64,000 nucleotides of DNA, from NCBI GenBank assembly GCA_964016885.1, contig CAXHJY010000366.1, positions 1-64,000 of the forward strand, written 5' to 3'. Made by a program: the position numbers and the translations under genes. The notes below the pieces were generated by a model. The model was given only the letters and a program-made list of their open reading frames with translations. It was not told the origin of the DNA and did no database searches. The DNA comes from Eledone cirrhosa (Eukaryota). Shown piece after piece: positions 8,001-21,900 of the stretch. How positions within the stretch are numbered: the stretch's first letter is position 1; the number at the start of each line of letters is the position of its first letter.

Positions 8001-11000
8001 GGTGGTGGTGGCAATGATATACCGGAAGTGTTGACATCACACTCTCTCTTTCCATATATATGGTAGTAGAAGTGGTGGTGGTGGTGGTGGTGGTGGCAAT
8101 GCTATACCGGAAGTGTTGACATCACACTCTCTCTTTCTATATATATGGTAGTTGAAGTGGTGGTGGTGGTGGCAATGATATACCGGAGGTGTTGACATCA
8201 CACTCTCCCTTTCTATATATATGGTAGTAGAAGTGGTGGTGGTGGTGGTGGTGGTGGCAATGCTATACCGGAAGTGTTGACATCACACTCTCACTTTCTA
8301 TATATATGGTAGTGGAAGTGGTGGTGGTGGTGGAATGATATACCGGAGGTGTTGACATCACACTCTCTCTTTCTATATATATGGTAGTGGAAGTGGTGGT
8401 GGTGGTGGTGGCAATGATATACCGGAGGTGTTGACATCACACTCTCTCTTTCTATATATATGGTAGTGGAAGAGGTGGTGGTGGTGGCAATGATATACCG
8501 GAGGTGTTGACATCACACTCTCTCTTTCTATATATATGGTAGTGGAAGTGGTGGTGGTGGTGGTGGTGGCAATGATATACCGGAAGTGTTGACATCACAC
8601 TCTCTCTTTCTATATATATATGGTAGTAGAAGTGGTGGTGGTGGTGGCAATGATATACCGGAAGTGTTGACATCACACTCTCTCTCTTTGTATATATATA
8701 TGGTAGTGGATGTGGTGGTGCTGGTGGTGGTGGCAATGATATACCGGAGGTGTTGACATCACACTCTCCCTTTCTATATATATGGTAGTTGAAGTGGTGG
8801 TGGTGGGGGCAATGATATACCGGAAGTGTTGACATCACACTCTCTCTTTCTATATATATGGTAGTAGAAGTGGTGGTGGTGGTGGTGGTGGCAACGATAT
8901 ATCGGAGGTGTTGACATCACACTCTCTCTTTCTATATATATATGGTAGTGGATGTGGTGGTGCTGGTGGTGGTGGCAATGATATACCGGAGGTGTTGACA
9001 TCACACTTTCCCTTTCTATATATATGGTAGTTGAAGTGGTGGTGGTGGTGGCAATGATATACCGGAAGTGTTGACATCACACTCTCTCTTTCTATATATA
9101 TATGGTAGTGGAAGTGATGGTGGTGGTGGTGGTGGCAATGATATACCGGAGGTGTTGACATCACACTCTCTCTTTCTATATATATGGTAGTTGAAGTGAT
9201 GGTGGTGGTGGTGGTGGTGGCAATGATATACCGGAGGTGTTGACATCACACTCTCTCTTTCTATATATATGGTAGTTGAAGTGGTGGTGGTGGTGGTGGT
9301 GGCAATGATATACCGGAGGTGTTGACATCACACTCTCTCTTTCTATATATATGGTAGTAGAAGTGGTGGTGGTGGTGGTGGCAATGATATACCGGAAGTG
9401 TTGACATCACACTCTCTCTTTCTATATATATGGTAGTGGAAGAGGTGGTGGTGGTGGCAATGCTATACCGGAAGTGTTGACATCACACTCTCTCTTTCTA
9501 TATATATGGTAGTTGAAGTGGTGGTGGTGGTGGCAATGATATACCGGAAGTGTTGACATCACACTCTCTCTTTCTATATATATGGTAGTTGAAGTGGTGG
9601 TGGTGGTGGCAATGATATACCGGAGGTGTTGACATCACACTCTCTCTTTCTATATATATGGTAGTAGAAGTGGTGGTGGTGGTGGCAATGATATACCGGA
9701 AGTGTTGACATCACACTCTCTCTTTCTATATATATGGTAGTTGAAGTGGTGGTGGTGGTGGCAATGATATACCGGAGGTGTTGACATCACACTCTCTCTT
9801 TCTATATATATGGTAGTGGAAGAGGTGGTGGTGGTGGCAACGATATACCGGAGGTGTTGACATCACACTCTCCCTTTCTATATATATGGTAGTTGAAGTG
9901 GTGGTGGCAATGATATAGCAGAAGTGTTGACATCACACTCTCTCTTTCTATATATATGGTAGTGGAAGTGGTGGGGGTGGTGGCAATGATATACCGGAAG
10001 TGTTGACATCACACTCTCTCTTTCTATATATATGGTAGTGGAAGTGGTGGTGGTGGTGGCAATGATATACCGGAAGTGTTGACATCACACTCTCTCTTTC
10101 TATATATATGGTAGTTGAAGTGGTGGTGTTGGTGGCAATGATATACCGGAAGTGTTGACATCACACTCTCTCTTTCTATATATATGGTAGTGGAAGTGGT
10201 GGTGGTGGTGGCAACGATATACCGGAGGTGTTGACATCACACTCTCTCTCTTTCTATGTATATGGTAGTGGAAGTGGTGGTGGTGGTGGCAACGATATAC
10301 CGGAGGTGTTGACATCACACTCTCCCTTTCTATATATATGGTAGTTGAAGTGGTGGTGGCAATGATATAGCAGAAGTGTTGACATCACACTCTCTCTTTC
10401 TATATATATGGTAGTGGAAGTGGTGGTGGTGGTGGCAATGATATACCGGAAGTGTTGACATCACACTCTCTCTTTCTATATATATGGTAGTGGAAGTGGT
10501 GGTGGTGGTGGCAATGATATACCGGAGGTGTTGACATCACACTCTCTCTTTCTATATATATGGTACTGGAAGTGGTGGTGGTGGTGGCAATGATATACCG
10601 GAAGTGTTGACATCACACTCTCTCTTTCTATATATATGGTAGTGGAAGTGGTGGTGGTGGTGGTGGTGGCAATGATATACCGGAGGTGTTGACATCACAC
10701 TCTCTCTTTCTATATATATGGTAGTTGAAGTGGTGGTGGTGGTGGCAATGATATACCGGAGGTGTTGACATCACACTCTCTCTTTCTATATATATGGTAG
10801 TGGAAGTGGTGGTGGTGGTGGTGGTGGCAATGATATACCGGAGGTGTTGACATCACACTCTCTCTTTCTATATATATGGTAGTGGAAGAGGTGGTGGTGG
10901 TGGCAATGATATACCGGAAGTGTTAACATCACACTCTCTCTTTCTATATATATGGTAGTTGAAGTGGTGGTGGTGGTGGCAATGATATACCGGAGGTGTT

Positions 11001-12599
11001 GACATCACACTCTCTCTTTCTATATATCTGGTAGTTGAAGTAATGGTGGTGGTAGTGGAAATGATATACCGGAAGTGTTGATATCACACTCTCTCTTTCT
11101 ATATATATGGAAGTGGAAGTGGTGGTGGTGGTGGCAACGATATACCGGAGTTGTTGACATCACACTCTCTCTCTTTCTATATATATGGTAGTGGAAGTGG
11201 TGGTGGTGGTGGCAACGATATACCGGAGGTGTTGACATCACACTCTCTCTCTTTCTATATATATGGTAGTAGAAGTGGTGGTGGTGGTGGTGGTGGCAAT
11301 GATATACCGGAGGTGTTGACATCACACTCTCTCTTTCTATATATATGGTAGTGGAAGTGATGGTGGTGGTGGCAACGATATATCGGAGGTGTTGACATCA
11401 CACTCTCTCTTTCTATATATATGGAAGTTGAAGTGGTGGTGGTGGTGGCAATGATATACCGGAAGTGTCGACATCACACTCTCTCTTTCTATATATATGG
11501 AAGTTGAAGTGGTGGTGGTGGTGGCAATGATATACCGGAAGTGGTGACATCACACTCTCTCTTTCTATATATATGGTAGGTGAAGTGGAGGTGGTGGTGG
11601 CAATGATATACCGGAAGCGTTGACATCACACTCTCTCTCTTTCTATATATATGGTAGTTGAAGTGGTGGTTGTGGTGGTGGCAACGATATACCGGTAGTG
11701 TTGACATCACACTCTCTCTTTCTATATATATGGTAGTGGAAGTGGTGGTGGTGGTGGCAACGATATACCGGAAGTGTTGACATCACACTCTCTCTTTCTA
11801 TATATATGGTAGTGGAAGTGGTGGTGGTGGTTGCAATGATATACTGGAGGTGTTGACATCACACTCTCTCTTTCTATATATATGGTAGTAGAAGTCTGGG
11901 TGTTGGTGGCAATGATATACCAGAAGTGTTGACATCACACTCTCTCTTTCTATATATATGGTAGTGGAAGTAGTGGTGGTGGTGGTGGCAATGAAATACC
12001 GGAAGTGTTGATATCACACTCTCTCTTTCTATATATATGGTAGTGGAAGTGGTGGTGGTGGTGGTAATGATATACCGGAAGTGTTGACATCACACTCTCT
12101 CTTTCTATATATATGGTAGTGGAAGAGGTGGTGGTGGTGGCAATGATATACCGGAAGTATTGACATCACACTCTCTCTTTCTATATATATGGTAGTTGAA
12201 GTGGTGGTGGTGGTGGCAATGATATACCGGAAGTGTTGACATCACACTCTCTCTTTCTATATATATGGTAGTAGAAGAGGTGGTGGTGGTGGCAATGATA
12301 TACCGGAAGTGTTGACATTACACTCTCTCTTTCTATATATATGGTAGTAGAAGAGGTGGTGGTGGTGGCAATGATATACCGGAAGTGTTGACATCACACT
12401 CTCTCTTTCTATATATATGGTAGTAGAAGAGGTGGTGGTGGTGGCAATGATATACCGGAAGTGTTGACATTACACTCTCTCTTTCTACATATATGGTAGT
12501 TGAAGTGGTGGTGGTGGTGGCAATGATATACCGGAAGTGTTGACATCACACTCTCTCTTTCTATATATATGGTAGTTGAAGTGGTGGTGGTGGTGGCAA

Positions 12600-15500
12600 T
12601 GATATACCGGAGGTGTTGACATCACACTCTCTCTTTCTATATATATGGTAGTTGAAGTGGTGGTGGTGGTGGTGGAAATGATATACCGGAAGTGTTGACA
12701 TCACACTCTCTCTTTCTATATATATGGTAGTTGAAGTGGTTGTGGTGGTGGCAATGATATACCGGAAGTGTTGACATCACACTCTCTCTTTCTATATATA
12801 TGGTAGTGGAAGTGGTTGTGGTGGTGGCAATGATATACCGGAAGTGTTGACATCACACTCTCTCTTTCTATATATATGGTAGTTGAAGTGATGGTGGTGG
12901 TGGTGGCAATGATATACCGGAAGTGTTGACACCACTCTCTCTCTCTTTCTATATATATGGTAGTTGAAGTGGTGGTGGTGGTGGCAATGATATACCGGAG
13001 GTGTTGACATCACACTCTCTCTTTCTACATATATGGTAGGTGAAGTGGTGGTGGTGCTGGCAATGATATACCGGAAGTGTTGACATCACACTCTCTCTTT
13101 CTATATATATGGTAGTTGAAGTGGTGGTGGTGGTGGCAATGATATACTGTAAGTGTTGACATCACACTCTCTCTTTCTATATATATGGTAGTTGAAGTGG
13201 TGGTGGTGGTGGCAATGATATACCGGACGTGTTGATATCGCACTCTCTCTTTCTATATATATGGTAATGGAAGTGGTGGTGGTGGTGGCAACGATATACC
13301 GGAGGTGTTGACATCACACTCTCTCTCTTTCTATATATATGGTAGTGGAAGTGGTGGTGGTGGTGGCAACGATATACCGGAGGTGTTGACATCACACTCT
13401 CTCTCTTTCTATATATATGCTAGTAGAAGTGGTGGTGGTGGTGGTGGTGGTGGCAATGATATACCGGAGGTGTTGACATCACACTCTCTCTTTCTATATA
13501 TATGGTAGTAGAAGTGGTGGTGGTGGTGGCAATGATATACCGGAGGTGTTGACATCACACTCTCCCTTTCTATATATATGGTAGTTGAAGTGGTGGTGGT
13601 GGTGGCAATGATATAGCGGAAGTGTTGACATCACACTCTCTCTTTCTATATATATGGTAGTTGAAGTGGTGGTGGTGGTGGTGGCAATGTTATACCGGAA
13701 GTGTTGACATCACACTCTCTCTTTCTATATATATATGGTAGTGGAAGTGGTGGTGGTGGTGGCAATGATATACCGGAGGTGTTGACATCACACTCTCTCT
13801 TTCTATATATATATGGTAGTGGATGTGGTGGTGCTGGTGGTGGTGGCAATGCTATACCGGAGGTGTTGACATCACACTCTCCCTTTCTATATATATGGTA
13901 GTTGAAGTGGTGGTGGTGGTGGTGGCAATGTTATACCGGAAGTGTTGACATCACACTCTCTCTTTCTATATATATATGGTAGTGGAAGTGGTGGTGGTGG
14001 TGGCAATGATATACCGGAGGTGTTGACATCACACTCTCCCTTTCTATATATATGGTAGTTGAAGTGGTGGTGGTGGTGGCAATGATATAGCGGAAGTGTT
14101 GACATCACACTCTCTCTTTCTATATATATGGTAGTTGAAGTGGTGGTGGTGGGGGAAATGATATACCGGAGGTGTTGACATCACACGCTCTCTTTCTATA
14201 TATATGGTAGTTGAAGTGATGGTGGTGGTGGTGGTGGCAATGATATACCGGAGGTGTTGACATCACACTCTCTCTTTCTATATATATGGTAGTTGAAGTG
14301 GTGGTGGTGGTGGTGGAAATGATATACCGGAAGTGTTGACATCACACTCTCTCTTTATATATATATGGTAGTTGAAGTGGTTGTGGTGGTGGCAATGATA
14401 TACCGGAAGTGTTGACATCACACTCTCTCTTTCTATATATATGGTAGTGGAAGTGGTTGTGGTGGTGGCAATGATATACCGGAAGTGTTGACATCACACT
14501 CTCTCTTTCTATATATATGGTAGTTGAAGTGATGGTGGTGGTGGTGGCAATGATATACCGGAAGTGTTGACACCACTCTCTCTCTCTTTCTATATATATG
14601 GTAGTTGAAGTGGTGGTGGTGGTGGCAATGATATACCGGAGGTGTTGACATCACACTCTCTCTTTCTACATATATGGTAGGTGAAGTGGTGGTGGTGCTG
14701 GCAATGATATACCGGAAGTGTTGACATCACACTCTCTCTTTCTATATATATGGTAGTTGAAGTGGTGGTGGTGGTGGCAATGATATACTGTAAGTGTTGA
14801 CATCACACTCTCTCTTTCTATATATATGGTAGTTGAAGTGGTGGTGGTGGTGGCAATGATATACCGGACGTGTTGATATCGCACTCTCTCTTTCTATATA
14901 TATGGTAATGGAAGTGGTGGTGGTGGTGGCAACGATATACCGGAGGTGTTGACATCACACTCTCTCTCTTTCTATATATATGGTAGTGGAAGTGGTGGTG
15001 GTGGTGGCAACGATATACCGGAGGTGTTGACATCACACTCTCTCTCTTTCTATATATATGCTAGTAGAAGTGGTGGTGGTGGTGGTGGTGGTGGCAATGA
15101 TATACCGGAGGTGTTGACATCACACTCTCTCTTTCTATATATATGGTAGTAGAAGTGGTGGTGGTGGTGGCAATGATATACCGGAGGTGTTGACATCACA
15201 CTCTCCCTTTCTATATATATGGTAGTTGAAGTGGTGGTGGTGGTGGCAATGATATAGCGGAAGTGTTGACATCACACTCTCTCTTTCTATATATATGGTA
15301 GTTGAAGTGGTGGTGGTGGTGGTGGCAATGTTATACCGGAAGTGTTGACATCACACTCTCTCTTTCTATATATATATGGTAGTGGAAGTGGTGGTGGTGG
15401 TGGCAATGATATACCGGAGGTGTTGACATCACACTCTCTCTTTCTATATATATATGGTAGTGGATGTGGTGGTGCTGGTGGTGGTGGCAATGCTATACCG

Positions 15501-15920
15501 GAGGTGTTGACATCACACTCTCCCTTTCTATATATATGGTAGTTGAAGTGGTGGTGGTGGTGGTGGCAATGTTATACCGGAAGTGTTGACATCACACTCT
15601 CTCTTTCTATATATATATGGTAGTGGAAGTGGTGGTGGTGGTGGCAATGATATACCGGAGGTGTTGACATCACACTCTCCCTTTCTATATATATGGTAGT
15701 TGAAGTGGTGGTGGTGGTGGCAATGATATAGCGGAAGTGTTGACATCACACTCTCTCTTTCTATATATATGGTAGTTGAAGTGGTGGTGGTGGGGGAAAT
15801 GATATACCGGAGGTGTTGACATCACACGCTCTCTTTCTATATATATGGTAGTTGAAGTGATGGTGGTGGTGGTGGTGGCAATGATATACCGGAGGTGTTG
15901 ACATCACACTCTCTCTTTCT
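12600..15920 (+). repeat. Tandem higher-order duplication, period 1641 bp (about 21 monomers); boundaries approximate
   Basis: Identical ORF-track translations recur at +1641 (12792/14433, 13025/14666, 13305/14946, 13887/15528). Rare variants are shared (TACTGTAAG, GGACGTG, CACACGCTC). Confidence 0.92.
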
Positions 15921-18900
15921 ATATATATGGTAGTTGAAGTGGTGGTGATGGTGGTGGTGGCAATGATATACCGGAGGTGTTGACATCACACTCTCTCTTT
16001 CTATATATATGGTAGTGGAAGAGGTGGTGGTGGCAATGCTATACCGGAAGTGTTGACACCACACTCTCTCTTTCTATATATATGGTAGTTGAAGTAATGG
16101 TGGTGGTGGTGGCAATGATATACCGGAAGTGTTGACATCACACTCTCTCTTTCTATATATATGGTAGTGGAAGTGGTGGTGGTGGTGGTGGTGGCAATGA
16201 TATACCGGAGGTGTTGACATCACACTCTCTCTTTCTATATATATGGTAGTGGAAGAGGTGGTGGTGGTGGCAATGATATACCGGAAGTGTTAACATCACA
16301 CTCTCTCTTTCTATATATCTGGTAGTTGAAGTAATGGTGGTGGTAGTGGAAATGATATACCGGAAGTGTTGATATCACACTCTCTCTTTCTATATATATG
16401 GAAGTGGAAGTGGTGGTGGTGGTGGCAACGATATACCGGAGTTGTTGACATCACACTCTCTCTCTTTCTATATATATGGTAGTGGAAGTGGTGGTGGTGG
16501 TGGCAACGATATACCGGAGGTGTTGACATCACACTCTCTCTCTTTCTATATATATGGTAGTAGAAGTGGTGGTGGTGGTGGTGGTGGCAATGATATACCG
16601 GAGGTGTTGACATCACACTCTCTCTTTCTATATATATGGTAGTGGAAGTGATGGTGGTGGTGGCAACGATATATCGGAGGTGTTGACATCACACTCTCTC
16701 TTTCTATATATATGGAAGTTGAAGTGGTGGTGGTGGTGGCAATGATATACCGGAAGTGTCGACATCACACTCTCTCTTTCTATATATATGGAAGTTGAAG
16801 TGGTGGTGGTGGTGGCAATGATATACCGGAAGTGGTGACATCACACTCTCTCTTTCTATATATATGGTAGGTGAAGTGGAGGTGGTGGTGGCAATGATAT
16901 ACCGGAAGCGTTGACATCACACTCTCTCTCTTTCTATATATATGGTAGTTGAAGTGGTGGTTGTGGTGGTGGCAACGATATACCGGTAGTGTTGACATCA
17001 CACTCTCTCTTTCTATATATATGGTAGTGGAAGTGGTGGTGGTGGTGGCAACGATATACCGGAAGTGTTGACATCACACTCTCTCTTTCTATATATATGG
17101 TAGTGGAAGTGGTGGTGGTGGTTGCAATGATATACTGGAGGTGTTGACATCACACTCTCTCTTTCTATATATATGGTAGTGGAAGTGGTGGTGGTGGTGG
17201 TGGCAATGAAATACCGGAAGTGTTGATATCACACTCTCTCTTTCTATATATATGGTAGTGGAAGTGGTGGTGGTGGTGGTAATGATATACCGGAAGTGTT
17301 GACATCACACTCTCTCTTTCTATATATATGGTAGTGGAAGAGGTGGTGGTGGTGGCAATGATATACCGGAAGTGTTGACATCACACTCTCTCTTTCTATA
17401 TATATGGTAGTTGAAGTGGTGGTGGTGGTGGCAATGATATACCGGAAGTGTTGACATCACACTCTCTCTTTCTATATATATGGTAGTAGAAGAGGTGGTG
17501 GTGGTGGCAATGATATACCGGAAGTGTTGACATTACACTCTCTCTTTCTATATATATGGTAGTAGAAGAGGTGGTGGTGGTGGCAATGATATACCGGAAG
17601 TGTTGACATCACACTCTCTCTTTCTATATATATGGTAGTAGAAGAGGTGGTGGTGGTGGCAATGATATACCGGAAGTGTTGACATTACACTCTCTCTTTC
17701 TACATATATGGTAGTTGAAGTGGTGGTGGTGGTGGCAATGATATACCGGAAGTGTTGACATCACACTCTCTCTTTCTATATATATGGTAGTTGAAGTGGT
17801 GGTGGTGGTGGCAATGATATACCGGAGGTGTTGACATCACACTCTCTCTTTCTATATATATGGTAGTTGAAGTGGTGGTGGTGGTGGTGGAAATGATATA
17901 CCGGAAGTGTTGACATCACACTCTCTCTTTCTATATATATGGTAGTTGAAGTGGTTGTGGTGGTGGCAATGATATACCGGAAGTGTTGACATCACACTCT
18001 CTCTTTCTATATATATGGTAGTGGAAGTGGTTGTGGTGGTGGCAATGATATACCGGAAGTGTTGACATCACACTCTCTCTTTCTATATATATGGTAGTTG
18101 AAGTGATGGTGGTGGTGGTGGCAATGATATACCGGAAGTGTTGACACCACTCTCTCTCTCTTTCTATATATATGGTAGTTGAAGTGGTGGTGGTGGTGGC
18201 AATGATATACCGGAGGTGTTGACATCACACTCTCTCTTTCTACATATATGGTAGGTGAAGTGGTGGTGGTGCTGGCAATGATATACCGGAAGTGTTGACA
18301 TCACACTCTCTCTTTCTATATATATGGTAGTTGAAGTGGTGGTGGTGGTGGCAATGATATACTGTAAGTGTTGACATCACACTCTCTCTTTCTATATATA
18401 TGGTAGTTGAAGTGGTGGTGGTGGTGGCAATGATATACCGGACGTGTTGATATCGCACTCTCTCTTTCTATATATATGGTAGTGGAAGTGGTGGTGGTGG
18501 TGGCAACGATATACCGGAGGTGTTGACATCACACTCTCTCTCTTTCTATATATATGGTAGTGGAAGTGGTGGTGGTGGTGGCAACGATATACCGGAGGTG
18601 TTGACATCACACTCTCTCTCTTTCTATATATATGCTAGTAGAAGTGGTGGTGGTGGTGGTGGTGGTGGCAATGATATACCGGAGGTGTTGACATCACACT
18701 CTCTCTTTCTATATATATGGTAGTAGAAGTGGTGGTGGTGGTGGCAATGATATACCGGAGGTGTTGACATCACACTCTCCCTTTCTATATATATGGTAGT
18801 TGAAGTGGTGGTGGTGGTGGCAATGATATAGCGGAAGTGTTGACATCACACTCTCTCTTTCTATATATATGGTAGTTGAAGTGGTGGTGGTGGTGGTGGC

Positions 18901-21900
18901 AATGTTATACCGGAAGTGTTGACATCACACTCTCTCTTTCTATATATATATGGTAGTGGAAGTGGTGGTGGTGGTGGCAATGATATACCGGAGGTGTTGA
19001 CATCACACTCTCTCTTTCTATATATATATGGTAGTGGATGTGGTGGTGCTGGTGGTGGTGGCAATGCTATACCGGAGGTGTTGACATCACACTCTCCCTT
19101 TCTATATATATGGTAGTTGAAGTGGTGGTGGTGGTGGTGGCAATGTTATATACGGAAGTGTTGACATCACACTCTCTCTTTCTATATATATATGGTAGTG
19201 GAAGTGGTGGTGGTGGTGGCAATGATATACCGGAGGTGTTGACATCACACTCTCTCTTTCTATATATATATGGTAGTTGAAGTGATGGTGGTGGTGGTGG
19301 TGGCAATGATATACCGGAGGTGTTGACATCACACTCTCTCTTTCTATATATATGGTAGTTGAAGTGGTGGTGATGGTGGTGGTGGCAATGATATACCGGA
19401 GGTGTTGACATCACACTCTCTCTTTCTATATATATGGTAGTGGAAGAGGTGGTGGTGGCAATGCTATACCGGAAGTGTTGACACCACACTCTCTCTTTCT
19501 ATATATATGGTAGTTGAAGTAATGGTGGTGGTGGTGGCAATGATATACCGGAAGTGTTGACATCACACTCTCTCTTTCTATATATATGGTAGTGGAAGAG
19601 GTGGTGGTGGTGGCAATGCTATACCGGAAGTGTTGACATCACACTCTCTCTTTCTATATATATGGTAGTTGAAGTAATGGTGGTGGTGGCAATGATATAC
19701 CGGAAGTGTTGACATCACACTCTCTCTTTCTATATATATGGTAGTGGAAGAGGTGGTGGTGGTGGCAATGCTATACCGGAAGTGTTGACATCACACTCTC
19801 TCTTTCTATATATATGGTAGTGGAAGAGGTGGTGGTGGTGGCAATGCTATATCGGAAGTGTTGACATCACACTCTCTCTTTCTATATATATGGTAGTTGA
19901 AGTGGTGGTGGTGGTGGCAATGATATACCGGAAGTGTTAACATCTCCTCTCTCTTTCTATATATATGGTAGTGGAAGAGGTGGTGGTGGTGGCAATGCTA
20001 TACCGGAAGTGTTGACATCACACTCTCTCTTTCTATATATATGGTAGTTGAAGTGGTGGTGGTGGTGGCAATGATATACCGGAAGTGTTGACATCACACT
20101 CTCTCTTTCTATATATATGGTAGTGGAAGAGGTGGTGGTGGTGGCAATGCTATACCGGAAGTGTTGACATCACACTCTCTCTTTCTATATATATGGTAGT
20201 GGAAGAGGTGGTGGTGGTGGCAATGCTATACCGGAAGTGTTGACATCACACTCTCTCTTTCTATATATATGGTAGTTGAAGTGGTGGTGGTGGTGGCAAT
20301 GATATACCGGAAGTGTTAACATCTCCTCTCTCTTTCTATATATATGGTAGTGGAAGAGGTGGTGGTGGTGGCAATGATATACCGGAAGTGTTGATATCAC
20401 ACTCTCTCTTTCTATATATATGGAAGTGGAAGTGGTGGTGGTGGTGGCAATGATATACCGGAAGTGTTGACATCACACTCTCTCTCTTTCTATATATATG
20501 GTAGTTGAAGTGGTGGTGGTGGTGGCAATGATATACCGGAAGTGTTGATATCACACTCTCTCTTTCTCTATATATGGAAGTGGAAGTGGTGGTGGTGGTG
20601 GCAACGATATACCGGAGGTGTTGACATCACACTCTCTCTCTTTCTATATATATGGTAGTGGAAGTGATGGTGGTGGTGGTGGTGGCAACGATATATCGGA
20701 GGTGTTGACATCACTCTCTCTCTTTCTATATATATGGTAGTTGAAGTGGTGGTGGTGGTGGCAATGATATACCGGAAGTGTTGACATTACACTCTCTCTT
20801 TCTATATATATGGTAGTTGAAGTGGTGGTGGTGGTGGCAATGATATACCGGAAGTGTTGACATCACACTCTCTCTTTCTACATATATGGTAGTTGAAGTG
20901 GTGGTGGTGGTGGCAATGATATACCGGAAGTGTTGACATCACACTCTCTCTTTCTATATATATGGTAGTTGAAGTGGTGGTGGTGGTGGCAATGATATAC
21001 CGGAGGTGTTGACATCACACTCTCTCTTTCTATATATATGGTAGTTGAAGTGGTGGTGGTGGTGGTGGAAATGATATACCGGAAGTGTTGACATCACACT
21101 CTCTCTTTCTATATATATGGTAGTTGAAGTGGTTGTGGTGGTGGCAATGATATACCGGAAGTGTTGACATCACACTCTCTCTTTCTATATATATGGTAGT
21201 GGAAGTGGTTGTGGTGGTGGCAATGATATACCGGAAGTGTTGACATCACACTCTCTCTTTCTATATATATGGTAGTTGAAGTGATGGTGGTGGTGGTGGC
21301 AATGATATACCGGAAGTGTTGACACCACTCTCTCTCTCTTTCTATATATATGGTAGTTGAAGTGGTGGTGGTGGTGGCAATGATATACCGGAGGTGTTGA
21401 CATCACACTCTCTCTTTCTACATATATGGTAGGTGAAGTGGTGGTGGTGCTGGCAATGATATACCGGAAGTGTTGACATCACACTCTCTCTTTCTATATA
21501 TATGGTAGTTGAAGTGGTGGTGGTGGTGGCAATGATATACTGTAAGTGTTGACATCACACTCTCTCTTTCTATATATATGGTAGTTGAAGTGGTGGTGGT
21601 GGTGGCAATGATATACCGGACGTGTTGATATCGCACTCTCTCTTTCTATATATATGGTAGTGGAAGTGGTGGTGGTGGTGGCAACGATATACCGGAGGTG
21701 TTGACATCACACTCTCTCTCTTTCTATATATATGGTAGTGGAAGTGGTGGTGGTGGTGGCAACGATATACCGGAGGTGTTGACATCACACTCTCTCTCTT
21801 TCTATATATATGCTAGTAGAAGTGGTGGTGGTGGTGGTGGTGGTGGCAATGATATACCGGAGGTGTTGACATCACACTCTCTCTTTCTATATATATGGTA

